DNA from: Eledone cirrhosa
Taxonomy: Eukaryota
Direction: 5' to 3'
NCBI GenBank assembly: GCA_964016885.1
Contig: OZ024745.1
Span: 84,630,001 to 84,694,000, forward strand
Length of the DNA stretch: 64,000 nucleotides
Shown: one piece after another, positions 30,701-45,700 of the stretch
Layout: every line of letters starts with the position of its first letter
Position numbering within the stretch: position 1 is the stretch's first letter
Notes under the pieces: generated by a model
Databases searched by the model: none
Told to the model about the DNA's origin: nothing
What the model saw: the letters and a program-made list of their open reading frames with translations, nothing else
Made by a program: the position numbers and the translations under genes

Positions 30701-33700
30701 ATTTATTCCCTTACAGAAACTAATTAGTTAGAGTGAACTTTTAGTAAGTAAGTTAATTTTCATAATTTTCTTAATTTACGTCTTTCATATAATTGTTCTG
30801 TATCCCCTGGCATAGAACCACAAATTTATTAATACAAAACATATATATTTGCTAGCATAGGTATGCATCTGTATACATATGTTGGTAGATATACTAATTC
30901 TTTATATTTATCTCCAAATTATTTGTTGAGCAAAACTTGCAGAAATTACTATTATGGTTCATGGTAGTAGATAGGCTCTTTTCTTATTAACACTCCACTC
31001 CTCACTCATTAACCTTAGTGACACGTGATTGATTCTTTTGAATTTGCCACTGACCAAGTAGGCAGTGAATTTTTTCAATGTCCTAGAATTTAGTCCACGC
31101 TCGCTTTTTTACATCCATTGAATTATTTTTATATAAGTCCCCTGTGTCCACGCATTGCCTGGGTGGTTAGCTGAGAATAGACTCCCTGATGACGTTAGGA
31201 TTCTCTATGGGTACGTTACGTACACATATTTATTCCCTTACAGAATCTAATTAGTTGGAGTGAAATTTTAGTAAGTAAGTTAATTTTCATAATTTTCTTA
31301 TTTTACGTCTTTCATATAATTGTTCTGCATATATAATTGCATAGAACCACAAAGTTACTACGACAAAACATATATATTAGCTAGCATAGGTATGCATATG
31401 TATACATATGTTGGTAGATATACTAATTCTTTATATGTAACTCCAAATTATTTGTTGAGCAAAACTTGCCGAAAATAGTAATATGGTTCATGGTAGTAGT
31501 TAGGCTCTTGTCTTATTAGCACTCCACTCCTCACTGATTAACCTCAGTGTCACGTGATTGATTCTTTTGAATTTGCCACTGACCAAGTAGGCAGTGAATT
31601 TTTTCAATGTCCTAGAATTTAGTCCCCGCTCGCTTTTTACATCCACTGAATTCTTTTTATATAAGTTTCCTGTGCTCTCGCAGTGCCTGGGAGCTTAGCT
31701 GAGAATAGACTCCCTGATGACGTAATGATTCTCTATCGTTACGTTACGTAACCATATTTATTCCCTTACAGAAACTAATTAGTTAGAGTGAACTTTTAGT
31801 AAGTAAGTTAATTTTCATAAATTTCTTAATTTACGTCTTTCATATAATTGTTCTGTATCTATCCCCTTCCATAGAACCACAAATTTATTAAGACAAAACA
31901 TATATATTTGCTAGCATAGGTATGCATCTGTATACATATGTTGGTGGATATACTAATTCTTTATATTTATCTCCAAATTATTTGTTGAGCAAAACTTGCA
32001 GAAATTACTATTATGGTTCATGGTAGTAGATAGGCTCTTGTCTTATTAGCACTCCACTCCTCACTGATTAACCTCAGTGTCACGTGATTGATTCTTTTGA
32101 ATTTGCCACTGACCAAGTAGGCTGAATTTTTTCAATGTCCTGGAATTTAGTCCCCGCTCGCTTTTTTCGATCCACTGAATTCTTTTGATATAAGTTCGCT
32201 GTGTCCACGCATTGCCTGGGTGCTTAGCTGAGAATAGACTCCCTGATGACGTAAGGATTCTCTATCGGTACGTTACGTAACCATATTTATTCCCTTACAG
32301 AAACTAATTAGTTGGAGTGAAATTTTAGTAAGTTAATTTTCATAATTTTCTTATTTTACATCTTTCATATAATTGTTCTGAATATATAATTGCATAGAAC
32401 CACAAAGTTACTAAGACAAAACATATATATTTGCTAGCATAGGTATGCATCTGTATACATATGTTGGTAGATATACTAATTCTTTATATTTATTTCCAAA
32501 TTATTTGTTGAGCAAAAGTTGCCGAAATTACTACTATGGTTAATGGTAGTAGTTAGGCTCTTGTCTTATTAACACTCCACTCCTCACTGATTAACCTTAG
32601 TGTCACGTGATTGATTCTTTTGAATTTGCCACTGACCAAGTAGGCAGTGAATTTTTCAATGTCCTAGAATTTAGTCCGCGCTCGCTTTTTTCCATCCATT
32701 GAATTATTTTTATATAAGTCCTCTGTGTCCACGCATTGCCTGGGTGGTTAGCTGAGAATAGACTCCCTGATGACGTTAGGATTCTCTACGGGCACGTAAC
32801 GTACACATATTTATTCCCTTACAGAAACTAATTAGTTGGAGTGAAATTTTAGTAAGTAAGTTAATTTTCATAATTTTCTTATTTTACGTCTTTCATATAA
32901 TTGTTCTGAATATATAATTGCATAGAACCACAAAGTTACTACGACAAAACATATATATTAGCTAGCATAGGTATGCATATGTATACATATGTTGGTAGAT
33001 ATACTAATTCTTTATATGTATCTCCAAATTATTTGTTAAGAAAAACTTGCAGAAATTACTACTATGGTTCATGGTAGTAGTTAGGCTCTTGTCTTATTAG
33101 CACTCCACTCCTCACTGATTAACCTCAGTGTCACGTGATTGATTCTTATGAAAATGCCACTGACCAAGAAGGCAGTGAATTTTATCAATGTCCTAGAATT
33201 TAGTCCCCGCTCGCTTTTTTACATCCACTGAATCCTTTTTATATAAGTTCCCTGTGTCCACGCATTGCCTGGGTGCTTCGCTGAGAATAGACTCCCTGAT
33301 GACTTAAGGATTCTCTATGGATAAGTTACGTAACCATATTTATTGCCTTACAGAAACTAATTCGTTGGAGTGAAATTTTAGTAAGCAAGTTAATTTTCAT
33401 AATTTTCTTATTTTACGTCTTTCATATAATTGTTCTGCATCCCCTTGCATGGAACCATAAATTACTAAGACAAAACATATATATTTGCTAGCATAGGTAT
33501 GCATCTGTATAAATATGTTGGTGGATATACTAATTCTTTATATTTATCTCCAAATTATTTGTTGAGCAAAACATGCCGAAAATAGTAATATGGTTCATGG
33601 TAGTAGTTAGGCTCTTGTCTTATTAGCACTCCACTCCTCACTGATTAACCTCAGTGTCACGTGATTGATTCTATTGAATTTGCCACTTACCAAGTAGGTA

Positions 33701-36700
33701 GTGAATTTTTTCAATGTCCTAGAATTTAGTCCCCGCTAGCTTTTTTCCATCCACTGAATTATTTTTATATAAGTTCCCTGTTTCCACGCATTACCTGGGT
33801 GGTTAGCTGAGAATAGACTCCCTGATGACGTAAGGATTCTCTATGGGTACGTTACGTAACCATATTTATTCCCTTACAGAAACTAATTAGTTAGAGTGAA
33901 CTTTTTGTAAGTAAGTTAATTTTCATAATTTTCTTAATTTACGTCTTTCATATAATTGTTCTGAATATATAATTGCATAGAACCACAAATTTATTAAGAC
34001 AAAACATATATATTTGCTAGCATAGGTATGCATCTGTATACATATGTTGGTAGATATACTAATTCTTTATATTTATCTCCAAATTATTTGTTGAGCAAAA
34101 CCTGCAGAAATTACTATTATGGTTCATGGTAGTAGATAGGCTCTTGTCTTATTAGCACTCCACTCCTCACTGATTAACCTCAGTGTCACGTGATTGATTC
34201 TTTTGAATTTGCCACTGACCAAGTAGGCTGTGAATTTTTTCAATGTCCTGGAATATCGTCCCCGCTCGCTTTTTTCGATCCACTGAATACTTTTGATATA
34301 AGTTCGCTGTGTCCACGCATTGCCTGGGTGCTTAGCTGAGAATAGACTCCCTGATGACGTAAGGATTCTCTATCGGTACGTTACGTAACCATATTTATGC
34401 CCTTACAGAAACTAATTAGTTGGAGTGAAATTTTAGTAAGTTAATTTTCATAATTTTCTTATTTTACATCTTTCATATAATTGTTCTGCATCCCCTTGCA
34501 TAGAACCACAAAGTTACTAAGACAAAACATATATATTTGCTAGCATAGGTATGCATCTGTATACATATGTTGGTAGATATACTAATTCTTTATATTTAAC
34601 TCCAAATTATTTGTTGAGCAAAACTTGCCGAAATTACTACTATGGTTAATGGTAGTAGTTAGGCTCTTGTCTTATTAACACTCCACTCCTTACTGATTAA
34701 CCTTGGTGTCACGTGATTGATTCTTTTGAATTTGCCACTGACCAAGTAGGCAGTGAATTTTTTCAATGTCCTAGAATTTAGTCCCCGCTCGCTTTTTTCC
34801 ATCCATTTAATTATTTTTATATAAGTCCCCTGTGTCCACGCATTGTCTGGGTGGTTAGCTGAGAATAGACTCCCTGATGACGTTAGGATTCTCTATGGGT
34901 ACGTTACGTAACCATATTTATTCCCTTACAGAAACTAATTAGTTGGAGTGAAATTTTAGTAAGTTAATTTTCATAATTTTCTTATTTTACGTCTTTCATA
35001 TAATTGTTCTGAATATATAATTGTATAGAACCACAAAGTTACTACGACAAAACATATATATTAGCTAGCATAGGTATGCATCTGTATACATATGTTGGTA
35101 GATATACTAATTCTTTATATTTATCTCCAAATTTTTTTGTTGAGCAAAACATGCCAAAATTACTACTATGATTCATGGAAGTAGATAGGCTCTTGACATA
35201 TTAGCACTCCACTCCTCAGTGATTAACCTCAGTGTCACGTGATTGATTCTTTTGAATTTGCCACTGACCAAGTAGGCAGTGAATTTTTTCAATGTCCTCG
35301 AATTTAGTCCCCGCTCGCTTTTTTCCATCCACTGAATTATTTTTATATAAGTTCCCTGTGTCCAAGTATTGCCTGGGTGCTTAGCTGAGAATAGACTCCC
35401 TGATGACGTTAGGATTCTCTATGGGTACGTTACGTAACCATATTTATTCCCTTACAGAAACTAATTAGTTGGAGTGAAATCTTAGTAAGTAAGTTAATTT
35501 TCATAATTTTCTTATTTTACGTCTTTCATATAATTGTTCTGAATATATAATTGTATAGAACCACAAAGTTAGTACGACAAAACATATAAATTAGCTAGCA
35601 TAGGTATGCATATGTATACATATGTTGGTAGATATACTAATTCTTTATATGTATCTCCAAATTATTTGTTAAGAAAAACTTGCAGAAATTACTACTATGG
35701 TTCATGGTAGTAGTTAGGCTCTTGACTTATTAGCACTCCACTCCTCACTGATTAACCTCAGTGTCACGTGATTGATTCTTATGAATTTGCCACTGACCAA
35801 GAAGGCAGTGAATTTTATCAATGTCCTAGAATTTAGTCCCCGCTCGCTTTTTTACATCCACTGAATCCTTTTTATATAAGTTCCCTGTGTCCACGCATTG
35901 CCTGGGTGCTTCGCTGAGAATAGTCTCCCTGATGACTTAAGGATTCTCTATGGGTAAGTTACGTAACCATATTTATTGCCTTACAGAAACTAATTCGTTG
36001 GAGTGAAATTTTAGTAAGCAAGTTAATTTTCATAATTTTCTTATTTTACGTCTTTCATATAATTGTTCTGCATCCCCTTGCATAGAACCATAAATTACTA
36101 AGACAAAACATACATATTTGCTAGCATAGGTATGCATCTGTATACATATGTTGGTAGATATACTAATTCTTTATATTTATCTCCAAATTATTTGTTGAGC
36201 AAAACATGCCGAAAATAGTAATATGGTTCATGGTAGTAGTTAGGCTCTTGTCTTATTAGCACTCCACTCCTCACTGATTAACCTCAGTGTCACGTGATTG
36301 ATTCTATTGAATTTGCCACTTACCAAGTAGGTAGTGAATTTTTTCAATGTCCTAGAATTTAGTCCCCGCTAGCTTTTTTCCATCCACTGAATTATTTTTA
36401 TATAAGTCCCCTGTGTCCACGCATTACCTGGGTGGTTAGCTGAGAATAGACTCCCTGATGACGTAAGGATTCTCTATGGGTACGTTACGTAACCATATTT
36501 ATTCCCTTACAGAAACTAATTAGTTAGAGTGAACTTTTTGTAAGTAAGTTAATTTTCATAATTTTCTTATTTTACGTCTTTCATATAATTGTTCTGCATC
36601 CCCTTGCATAGAACCACAAAGTTACTAAGACAAAACATATATATTTCTTGGCATAGGTATGCATCTGTATACATATGTGGGGGGATATACTAATTCTTTA

Positions 36701-39700
36701 TATTTAACTCCAAATTATTTGTTGAGCAAAACTTGCCGAAAATAGTAATATGGTTCATGGTAGTAGTTAGGCTCTTGTCTTATTAGCACTCCACTCCTCA
36801 CTGATTAACCTCATCGTCACGTGATTGATTCTTTTGAATTTGCCACTGACCAAGTAGGCAGTGAATTTTTTCAATGTCCTAGAATTTAGTCCCCGCTCGC
36901 TTTTTTACATCCACTGAATTCTTTTTATGTAAGTTCCCTGTGCTCACGCATAGCCTGGGTGCTTAGCTGAGAATAGACTCCCTGATGACGTAAGGATTCT
37001 CTATCGGTACGTTACGTAACCATATTTATTCCCTTACAGAAACTACTTAGCTGGAGTGAAATTTTAGTAAGCAAGTTAATTTTCATAATTTTCTTATTTT
37101 ACGTCTTTCATATAATTGTTCTGCATAGAACCACAAAGTTACTAAGACAAAACATATATATTTGCTAGCATAGGTATGCATCTGTATACATATGTTGGTA
37201 GATATACTAATTCTTTATATTTATCTCCAAATTATTTGTTGAGTAAAACTTGCCGAAATTACTACTATGGTTAATGGTAGTAGTTAGGCTCTTGTCTTAT
37301 TAACACTCCACTCCTCACTGATTAACCTTAGTGTCACGTGATTGATTCTTTTGAATTTGCCACTGACCAAGTAGGCAGTGAATTTTTCAATGTCCTAGAA
37401 TTTAGTCCCCGCTCGCTTTTTTCCATCCATTGAATTATTTTTATATAAGTCCCCTGTGTCCACGCATTGCCTGGGTGGTTAGCTGAGAATAGACTCCCTG
37501 ATGACGTTAGGATTCTCTATGGGTACGTTACGTACACATATTTATTCCCTTACAGAAACTAATTAGTTGGAGTGAAATTTTAGTAAGTAAGTTAATTTTC
37601 ATAATTTTCTTATTTTACGTCTTTCATATAATTGTTCTGAATATATAATTGCATAGAACCACAAAGCTACTACGACAAAACATATATATTAGCTAGCATA
37701 GGTATGCATCTGTATACATATGTTGGTAGATATACTAATTCTTTATATTTATCTCCAAATTATTTGTTGAGCAAAACCTGCAGAAATTACTATTATGGTT
37801 CATGGTAGTAGATAGGCTCTTGTCTTATTAGCACTCCACTCCTCACTGATTAACCTCAGTGTCACGTGATTGATTCTTTTGAATTTGCCACTGACCAAGT
37901 AGGCTGTAAATTTTTTCAATGTCCTGGAATTTCGTCCCCGCTCGCTTTTTTCGATCCACTGAATTCTTTTGATATAAGTTCGCTGTGTCCACGCATTGCC
38001 TGGGTGCTTAGCTGAGAATAGACTCCCTGATGACGTAAGGATTCTCTATCGGTACGTTACGTAACCATATTTATTCCCTTACAGAAACTAATTAGTTGGA
38101 GTGAAATTTTAGTAAGTTAATTTTCATAATTTTCTTATTTTACATCTTTCATATAATTGTTCTGCATCCCCTTGCATAGAACCACAAAGTTACTAAGACA
38201 AAACATATATATTTGCTAGCATAGGTATGCATCTGTATACATATGTTGGTAGATATACTAATTCTTTATATTTATCTCCAAATTATTTGTTGAGCAAAAC
38301 TTGCCGAAATTACTACTATGGTTAATGGTAGTAGTTAGGCTCTTGTCTTATTAACACTCCACTCCTCACTGATTAACCTTAGTGTCACGTGATTGATTCT
38401 TTTGAATTTGCCACTGACCAAGTAGGCAGTGAATTTTTTCAATGTCCTAGAATTTAGTCCCCGCTCGCTTTTTTCCATCCATTTAATTATTTTTATATAA
38501 GTTTCCTGTGACCACGCATTGCCTGGGTGGTTAGCTGAGAATAGACTCCCTGATGACGTTAAGATTCTCTATGGGTACGTTACGTAACCATATTTATTCC
38601 CTTACAGAAACTATTTAGTTGGAGTGAAATTTTAGTAAGTAAGTTAATTTTCATAATTTTCTTATTTTACGTCTTTCATATAATTGTTCTGAATATATAA
38701 TTGTATAGAACCACAAAGTTACTACGACAAAACATATATATTAGCTAGCATAGGTATGCATCTGTATACATATGTTGGTAGATATACTAATTCTTTATAT
38801 TTATCTCCAAATTTTTTTGTTGAGCAAAACATGCCAAAATTACTACTATGTTTCATGGAAGTAGATAGGCTCTTGACTTATTAGCACTCCACTCCTCAGT
38901 GATTAACGTCAGTGTCACGTGATTGATTCTTTTGAATTTGCCACTAACCAAGTAGGCAGTGAATTTTTTCAATGTCCTCGAATTTAGTCCCCGCTCGCTT
39001 TTTTCCATCCACTGAATTCTTTTTATATAAGTTCCCTGTGTCCACGTATTGCCTGGGTGCTTAGCTGAGAATAGACACCCTGATGACGTAAGGATTCTCT
39101 ATGGGTACGTTACGTAACCATATTTATTCCCTTACAGAGACTAATTAGTTGGAGTAAAATATTAGTAAGTAAGTTTATTTTCATAATTTTCTTATTTTAC
39201 GTCTTTCATATAATTGTTCTGCATCCCCATGCATAGAACCACAAAGTTACTAAGACAAAACATATATATTTCTTGGCATAGGTATGCATCTGTATACATA
39301 TGTGGGGGGATATACTAATTCTTTATATTTAACTCCAAATTATTTGTTGAGCAAAACTTGCCGAAAATAGTAATATGGTTCATGGTAGTAGTTAGGCTCT
39401 TGTCTTATTAGCACTCCACTCCTCACTGATTAACCTCAGTGTCACGTGATTGATTCTTTTGAATTTGCCACTGACCAAGTATGCTGTGAATTTTTTCAAT
39501 GTCCTGGAATTTAGTCCCCGCTCGCTTTTTTCCATCCACTGAATTATTTTTATATAAGTTCACTGTGTCCACGCATTACCTGGGTGCTTAGCTGAGAATA
39601 GACTCCCTGATGACGTAATGATTCTCTCTCGGTACGTTACGTAACCATATTTATTCCCTTACAGAAACTACTTAGCTGGAGTGAAATTTTAGTAAGTAAG

Positions 39701-42700
39701 TTAATTTTCATAATTTTCTTATTTTACGTCTTTCATATAATTGTTCTACATAGAACCACAAATTTACTAATACAAAACATATATATTTGCTAGCATAGGT
39801 ATGCATCTGTATACATATGTTGGTAGATATACTAATTCTTTATATTTATCTCCAAATTATTTGTTGAGAAAAACTTGCCGAAATTACTACTATGGTTCAT
39901 GGTAGTAGATAGGCTCTTGTCTTATTAGCACTCCACTCCTCAGTGATTAACCTCAGTGTTACGTGATTGATTCTTTTGAATTTGCCACTGACCAAGTAGG
40001 CAGTGAATTTTTTCAATGTCCTGGAATTTAGTCCCCGCTCGCTTTTTTCCACCCACTAAATTACTTTTATATAAGTTCCCTGTGTCCACGCATTGCCTGG
40101 GTGCTTAGCTGAGAATAGACTCCCTGATGACGTAAGGATTCTCTATGGGTACGTTACGTAACCATATTTATTCCCTTACAGGAACTAATTAGTTGGAGTG
40201 AAATTTTAGTAAGTAAGTTTATTTTCATAATTTTCTTATTTTACGTCATTCATCTAATTGTTCTGCATCCCCTTGCATAGAACCACAAAGTTACTAAGAC
40301 AAAACATATATATTTCTTAGCATAGGTATGCATCTGTATACATATGTTGGTAGATATACTAATTCTTTATATTTATCTCCAAATTATTTGTTGAGCAAAA
40401 CATGCCGAAATTACTACTATGGTTCATGGTTCTTATTAGCACTCCACTCCCCACTGATTAACCTCAGTGTCACGTGATTGATTTTTTTGAATTTGCCACT
40501 AACCAAGTAGGCAATGAATTTTTCAATGTCCTAGAATTTAGTCCCCGCTCGCTGTTTTCCATCCACTGAAATGTTTTTATAAAAGTTCCCTGTGTCCACG
40601 CATTGCCTGGGTGCTTAGCTGAGAATAGACTCCCTGATGACTTAAGCATTCTCTATGGGTAAGTTACGTAACCATATTTATTCCCTTACAGAAACTGATT
40701 AGTTGGAGTGAAATTTTAGGAAGTAAGTTAATTTTCATAATTTTCTTATTTTACGTCTTTCATCTAATTGTTCTGCATCCCCTTGCATAGAACCACAAAT
40801 TTACTAAGATAAAACATATATATTTGCTAGCATAGGTATGCATCTGTATACATATGTTGGTAGATATACTAATTCTTTATATTTATCTCCAAATTGTTTG
40901 TTGAGAAAAACTTCCGAAATTACTATCATGGTTCATGGTAGTTGTTAGGCTCTTGTCTTATTAACACTCCACTCCCCACTGATTAACCTCAGTGTCACCT
41001 GATTGATTCTTTTGAATTTGCCACTGCCCAAGTAGGCAGTGAACTTTTTCAATGTCCTAGAATTTAGTCCCCGCTCGCATTTTTCCATCCACTGAATTAT
41101 TTTTATATAATTTCCCTCTGTCCACGCATTGCCTGGGTGCTTAGCTGAGAATAGAGTCCCTGATGACTTAAGGATTCTCTATGGGTACGTTACGTAACCA
41201 TATTTATTGCCTTACAGAAACTAATTAGTTGGAATGAAATTTTAGTAAGTAAGTTAATTTTCATAATTTTCTAATTTTACGGCTTTCATCTAATTGTTCT
41301 GCATCCCCTTGCATAGAACCACAAAGTTACTGAGATAAAACATATATATTTGCTAGCATAGGTATGCATCTGTATACATATGTTGGTAGATATACTAATT
41401 CTTTATATTTATCTCCAAATTATTTGTTGAGAAAAACTTGTCAAAATTACCACTATGGTTCATGGCTCTTATTAGCACTCCACTCGCCACTGATTAATCT
41501 CAGTGTCACATGATTGATTCTTTTGAATTTGCCACTGACCAAGAAGGCAGTGAATTTTTTCAATGTCTTGGAATTTAGTCCCCGCTCGCTTTTTTCAATG
41601 CATTGAATTAATTTTATATAAGTTCCCTGTGTCCATGCATTGCCTGGGTGCTTAGCTGAGAATAGACTCCCTGATGACGTAAGGATTCTCTATGGGTACG
41701 TTACGTAACCATATTTATTCTCTTACAGAAGCTACTTAGTTGGAGTGAAGTTTTAGTAAGTAAGTTAATTTTCATAATTTTCTTATTTTACGTCTTTCAT
41801 ATAATTATTCTGCATCCCCTTGCATTGAATCACAAAGTTACTAAGACAAAACATATATATTTGCTAGAATAGGTATGCATATGTATGCATATGTTGGTAG
41901 ATATACTAATTCTTTATATTTATCTCCAAATTATTTGTTGAGCAAAACATGCCGAAATTACTACTATCTTTCATGGTAGTAGATAGGCTCTTGTCTTATT
42001 AGCACTCCACTCCTCAGTAATTGACCTCAGTGTCACATGATTGATTCTTTTGAATTTGCAACTGACCAAGTAGGCAGTGAATTTTTTCAATGTCCTGCAA
42101 TTTAGTCCCCGCTCGCTTTTTTCCATCCACTGAATTATTTTTATATAAGTTCCCTGTGTCCACGCATTGCCTGTGTGCTTAGCTGAGAATAGACTCCCTG
42201 ATGACGTAAGGATTCTCTATGGGTACGTTACGTAACCATATTTATTCCCTTACAGAAACTAATTAGTTGGAGAGAAATTTTAGTAAGTAAGTTAATTTTC
42301 ATAATTTTCTTGTTTTACGTCTTTGATATAATTGTTCTGCATCTCCTTGCATACAACAACAAAGTTACTACGACAAAACATATATATTTGCTAGCATAGG
42401 TATGCATCTGTATAGATATGTTGGTAGATATACTAATTCTTTATATTTATCTGCAAATTATTTGTTGAGCATAACATGCCGAAATTACTACTATGGTTCA
42501 TGGTAGTAGTTAGGCTCTTGTATTATTAGCACTCCACTCCTCACTGATTAACCTCAGTGTGACGTGATTGATTCTTTTGAATTTGCCATTGACCAAGTAG
42601 GCAGTGAATTTTTTCAATGTCCTGGAATTTAGTCCCCGCTCGCTTTTTCCATCCACTAAATTATTTTTATATAAGTTCCCTCTGTCAATGCATTGCCTGG

Positions 42701-45700
42701 GTGCTTAGCTGAGAATAGACTCCCTGATGCCGTAAGGATTCTTTAGGGTACGTAACGTAACCATATTTATTCTCTTACAGAAACTAATTAGTTGGAGTGG
42801 TATTTTAGTAAGTAAGTTAATTTTCATAATTTTCTTATTTTACGTCTTTCATCTAATTGTTCTTCATCCCCTTGCATAGAACCACAAAGTTACTAAGACA
42901 AAACATATATATTTGCTAGCATAGGTATGCATCTGTATACATATGTTGGTAGATATACTAATTCTTTATATTTATCTCCAAATTATTTGTTGAGAAAAAC
43001 TTGCCGAAATTACTACTATGGTTCATGGTAGTAGTTAGGCTCTTGTCTTATTAGCACTCCACTCCCCACTGTTTAAACTCAGTGTCACGTGATTGATTCT
43101 TTTGAATTTGCCACTGACCAAGTAGGCAGTGAATTTATTCCATGTCCTGGAATTTAGTACCCGCTCGCTATTTTCCATCCACTGAATTATTTTTATATAA
43201 GTTCCCTGTGTCCACGCATTGCCTGCGTGCTTAGCTGAGAATAGACTCCCTGATGACGTAAGGATTCTCTATGGGTACGTTACGTAACCATATTTATTCC
43301 CTTACAGAAACTAATTAGTTGGAGTGATATTTTAGTAAGTAAGATTATTTTCATAATTTTCTTATTTTACGTCTTTCATATAATTGTTCTGCATCCCCTT
43401 GCATAGAACCACAAAGTTACTAAGACAAAACATATATATTTCTTAGCATAGGTATGCATCTGTATACATATGTTGGGAGATATACTAATTCTTTATATTA
43501 TCTCCAAATTATTTGTTGAGCAAAACTTGCCGAAAATAGTAATTTCGTTCATGGTAGTAGATAGGCTCTTGTCTTATTAGCACTCCACTCCTCAGTAATT
43601 GACCTCAGTGTCACATGATTGATTCTTTTGAATTTGCCACTGACCAAGTAGGCAGTGAATTTTTTCAATGTCCTGGAATTTAGTCGCCACTCGCTTTTTT
43701 CCATCCACTAAATTATTTTTATATAAGTTCCCTCTGTCCACGTATTGCCTGGGTGCTTAGCTGAGAATGGACTCCCTGATGCCGTAAGTATTCTTTATGG
43801 GTACGTTACGTAACCATATTTATTCTCTTACAGAAACTAATTAGTTGGAGTGAAATTTTAGTAAGTAAGTTAATTTTCATAATTTTCTTATTTTACGTCT
43901 TTCATCTAATTGTTCTGCATCCCCTTGCATGGAACCACAAATTTACTGAGATAAAACATATATATTTGCTAGCATAGGTATGCATCTGTATACATATGTT
44001 GGTAGATATACTAATTCTTTATATTTACCTCCAAATTATTTGTTGAGCAAAACTTGCCGAAATTACTACTATGGTTCATGGTTCTTATTAGCACTCCACT
44101 CCCCACTGATTAACCTCAGTGTCACATGATTGATTCTTTTGAATTTGCCACTGACCAAGTAGGCAGTGAATTTTTTCAATGTCCTAGAATTTAGTTCCCG
44201 CTCGCTTTTTACCATCCACTGAAATCTTTTTATATAAGTTCCCTGTGTCCACGCATTGCCTGGGTGCTTAGCTGAGAATAGACTCCCTGATGACGTAAGG
44301 ATTCTCTATGGGTACGTTAAGTAATCATATTTATTCCCTTACAGAAACTAATTAGTTGGAGTGAAGTTTTAGTGAGTAAGTTAATTTTCATAATTTTCTT
44401 ATTTTACGTCTTTCATATAATTTTTCTGCATCCCCTTGCATAGAACCAAAAAGTTACTAAGATAAAACATATATATTTGCTAGCATAGGTATGCAACTGT
44501 ATACATATGTTGGCAGATATACTAATTCTTTATATTTATCTCCAAATTATTTGTTGAGAAAAACTTGCCGAAATTACTACTATGGTTCATGGTTCTTATT
44601 AGCACTCCACTCCCCACTGATTAACCTCAGTGTCACGTGATTGATTCTTTTGAATTTGCCACTGAGGAAGTAGGCAGTGAATTTTTTCAATGTCCTAGAA
44701 TTTAGTCCCCGCTCGCTTTTTTCCATCCACTGAATTCTTTTTATATAGGTTCTCTGTGTCCAAGCATTGACTGGGTGCTTAGCTGAGAATAGACTCCCTG
44801 ATGACGTAAAGATTCTCTATGGGTACGTTACGTAATCATATTTATTCCCTTACAGAAACTAATTATTTGGAGTGAAATTTTAGTAAGTAAGTTAATTTTC
44901 ATAATTTTCTTAATTTACGTCTTTCATATAATTGTTCTGCATCCCCTTGCATAGAACCACAAAGTTACTAAGACAAAACATATATATTTCTTAGCATAGG
45001 TATGCATCTGTATACATATGTTGGTAGATATACTAATTCTTTATATTTATCCCCAAATTATTTGTTGAGCAAAACATGCCGAAATTACTACTATGGTTCA
45101 TGGTAGTAGATAGGCTCTTGTCTTATTAGCAATCCACTCCTCAGTGATTAACCTCAGTGTCACGTGATTGATTCTTTTGAATTTGCCACTGACCAAGTAG
45201 GCAGTGAATTTTTTCAATGTCCTGCAATTTAGTCGCCGCTCGATTTTTTCCATCCACTAAATTATTTTTATATAAGTTCCGTCTGTCCACGCATTGCCTG
45301 GGTGCTTAGCTGAGAATGGGCTCCCTGATGGCGTAAGGATTCTTTATGGGTACTTTACGTAACCATATTTATTCTCTTACAGAAACTAATTAGTTGGAGT
45401 GAAATTTTAATATGTAAGTTAATTTTCATAATTTTCTTATTTTACATCTTTCATATAATTGTTCTGCATCCCCTTGCATAGAACCACAAAGTTACTGAGA
45501 TAAAACATATATATTTGCTAGCATAGGTATGCATCTGTATACATATGTATACATATGTTGGTAGATATACTAATTCTTTATATTTTTAACTCCAAATTAT
45601 TTGTTGAGAAAAACTTGCCGAAATTACTACTATGGTTCATGGTTCTTATTTAGCACTCCACTCCCCACTGATTAGCACTCCACTCCTCAGTGATTAACCT

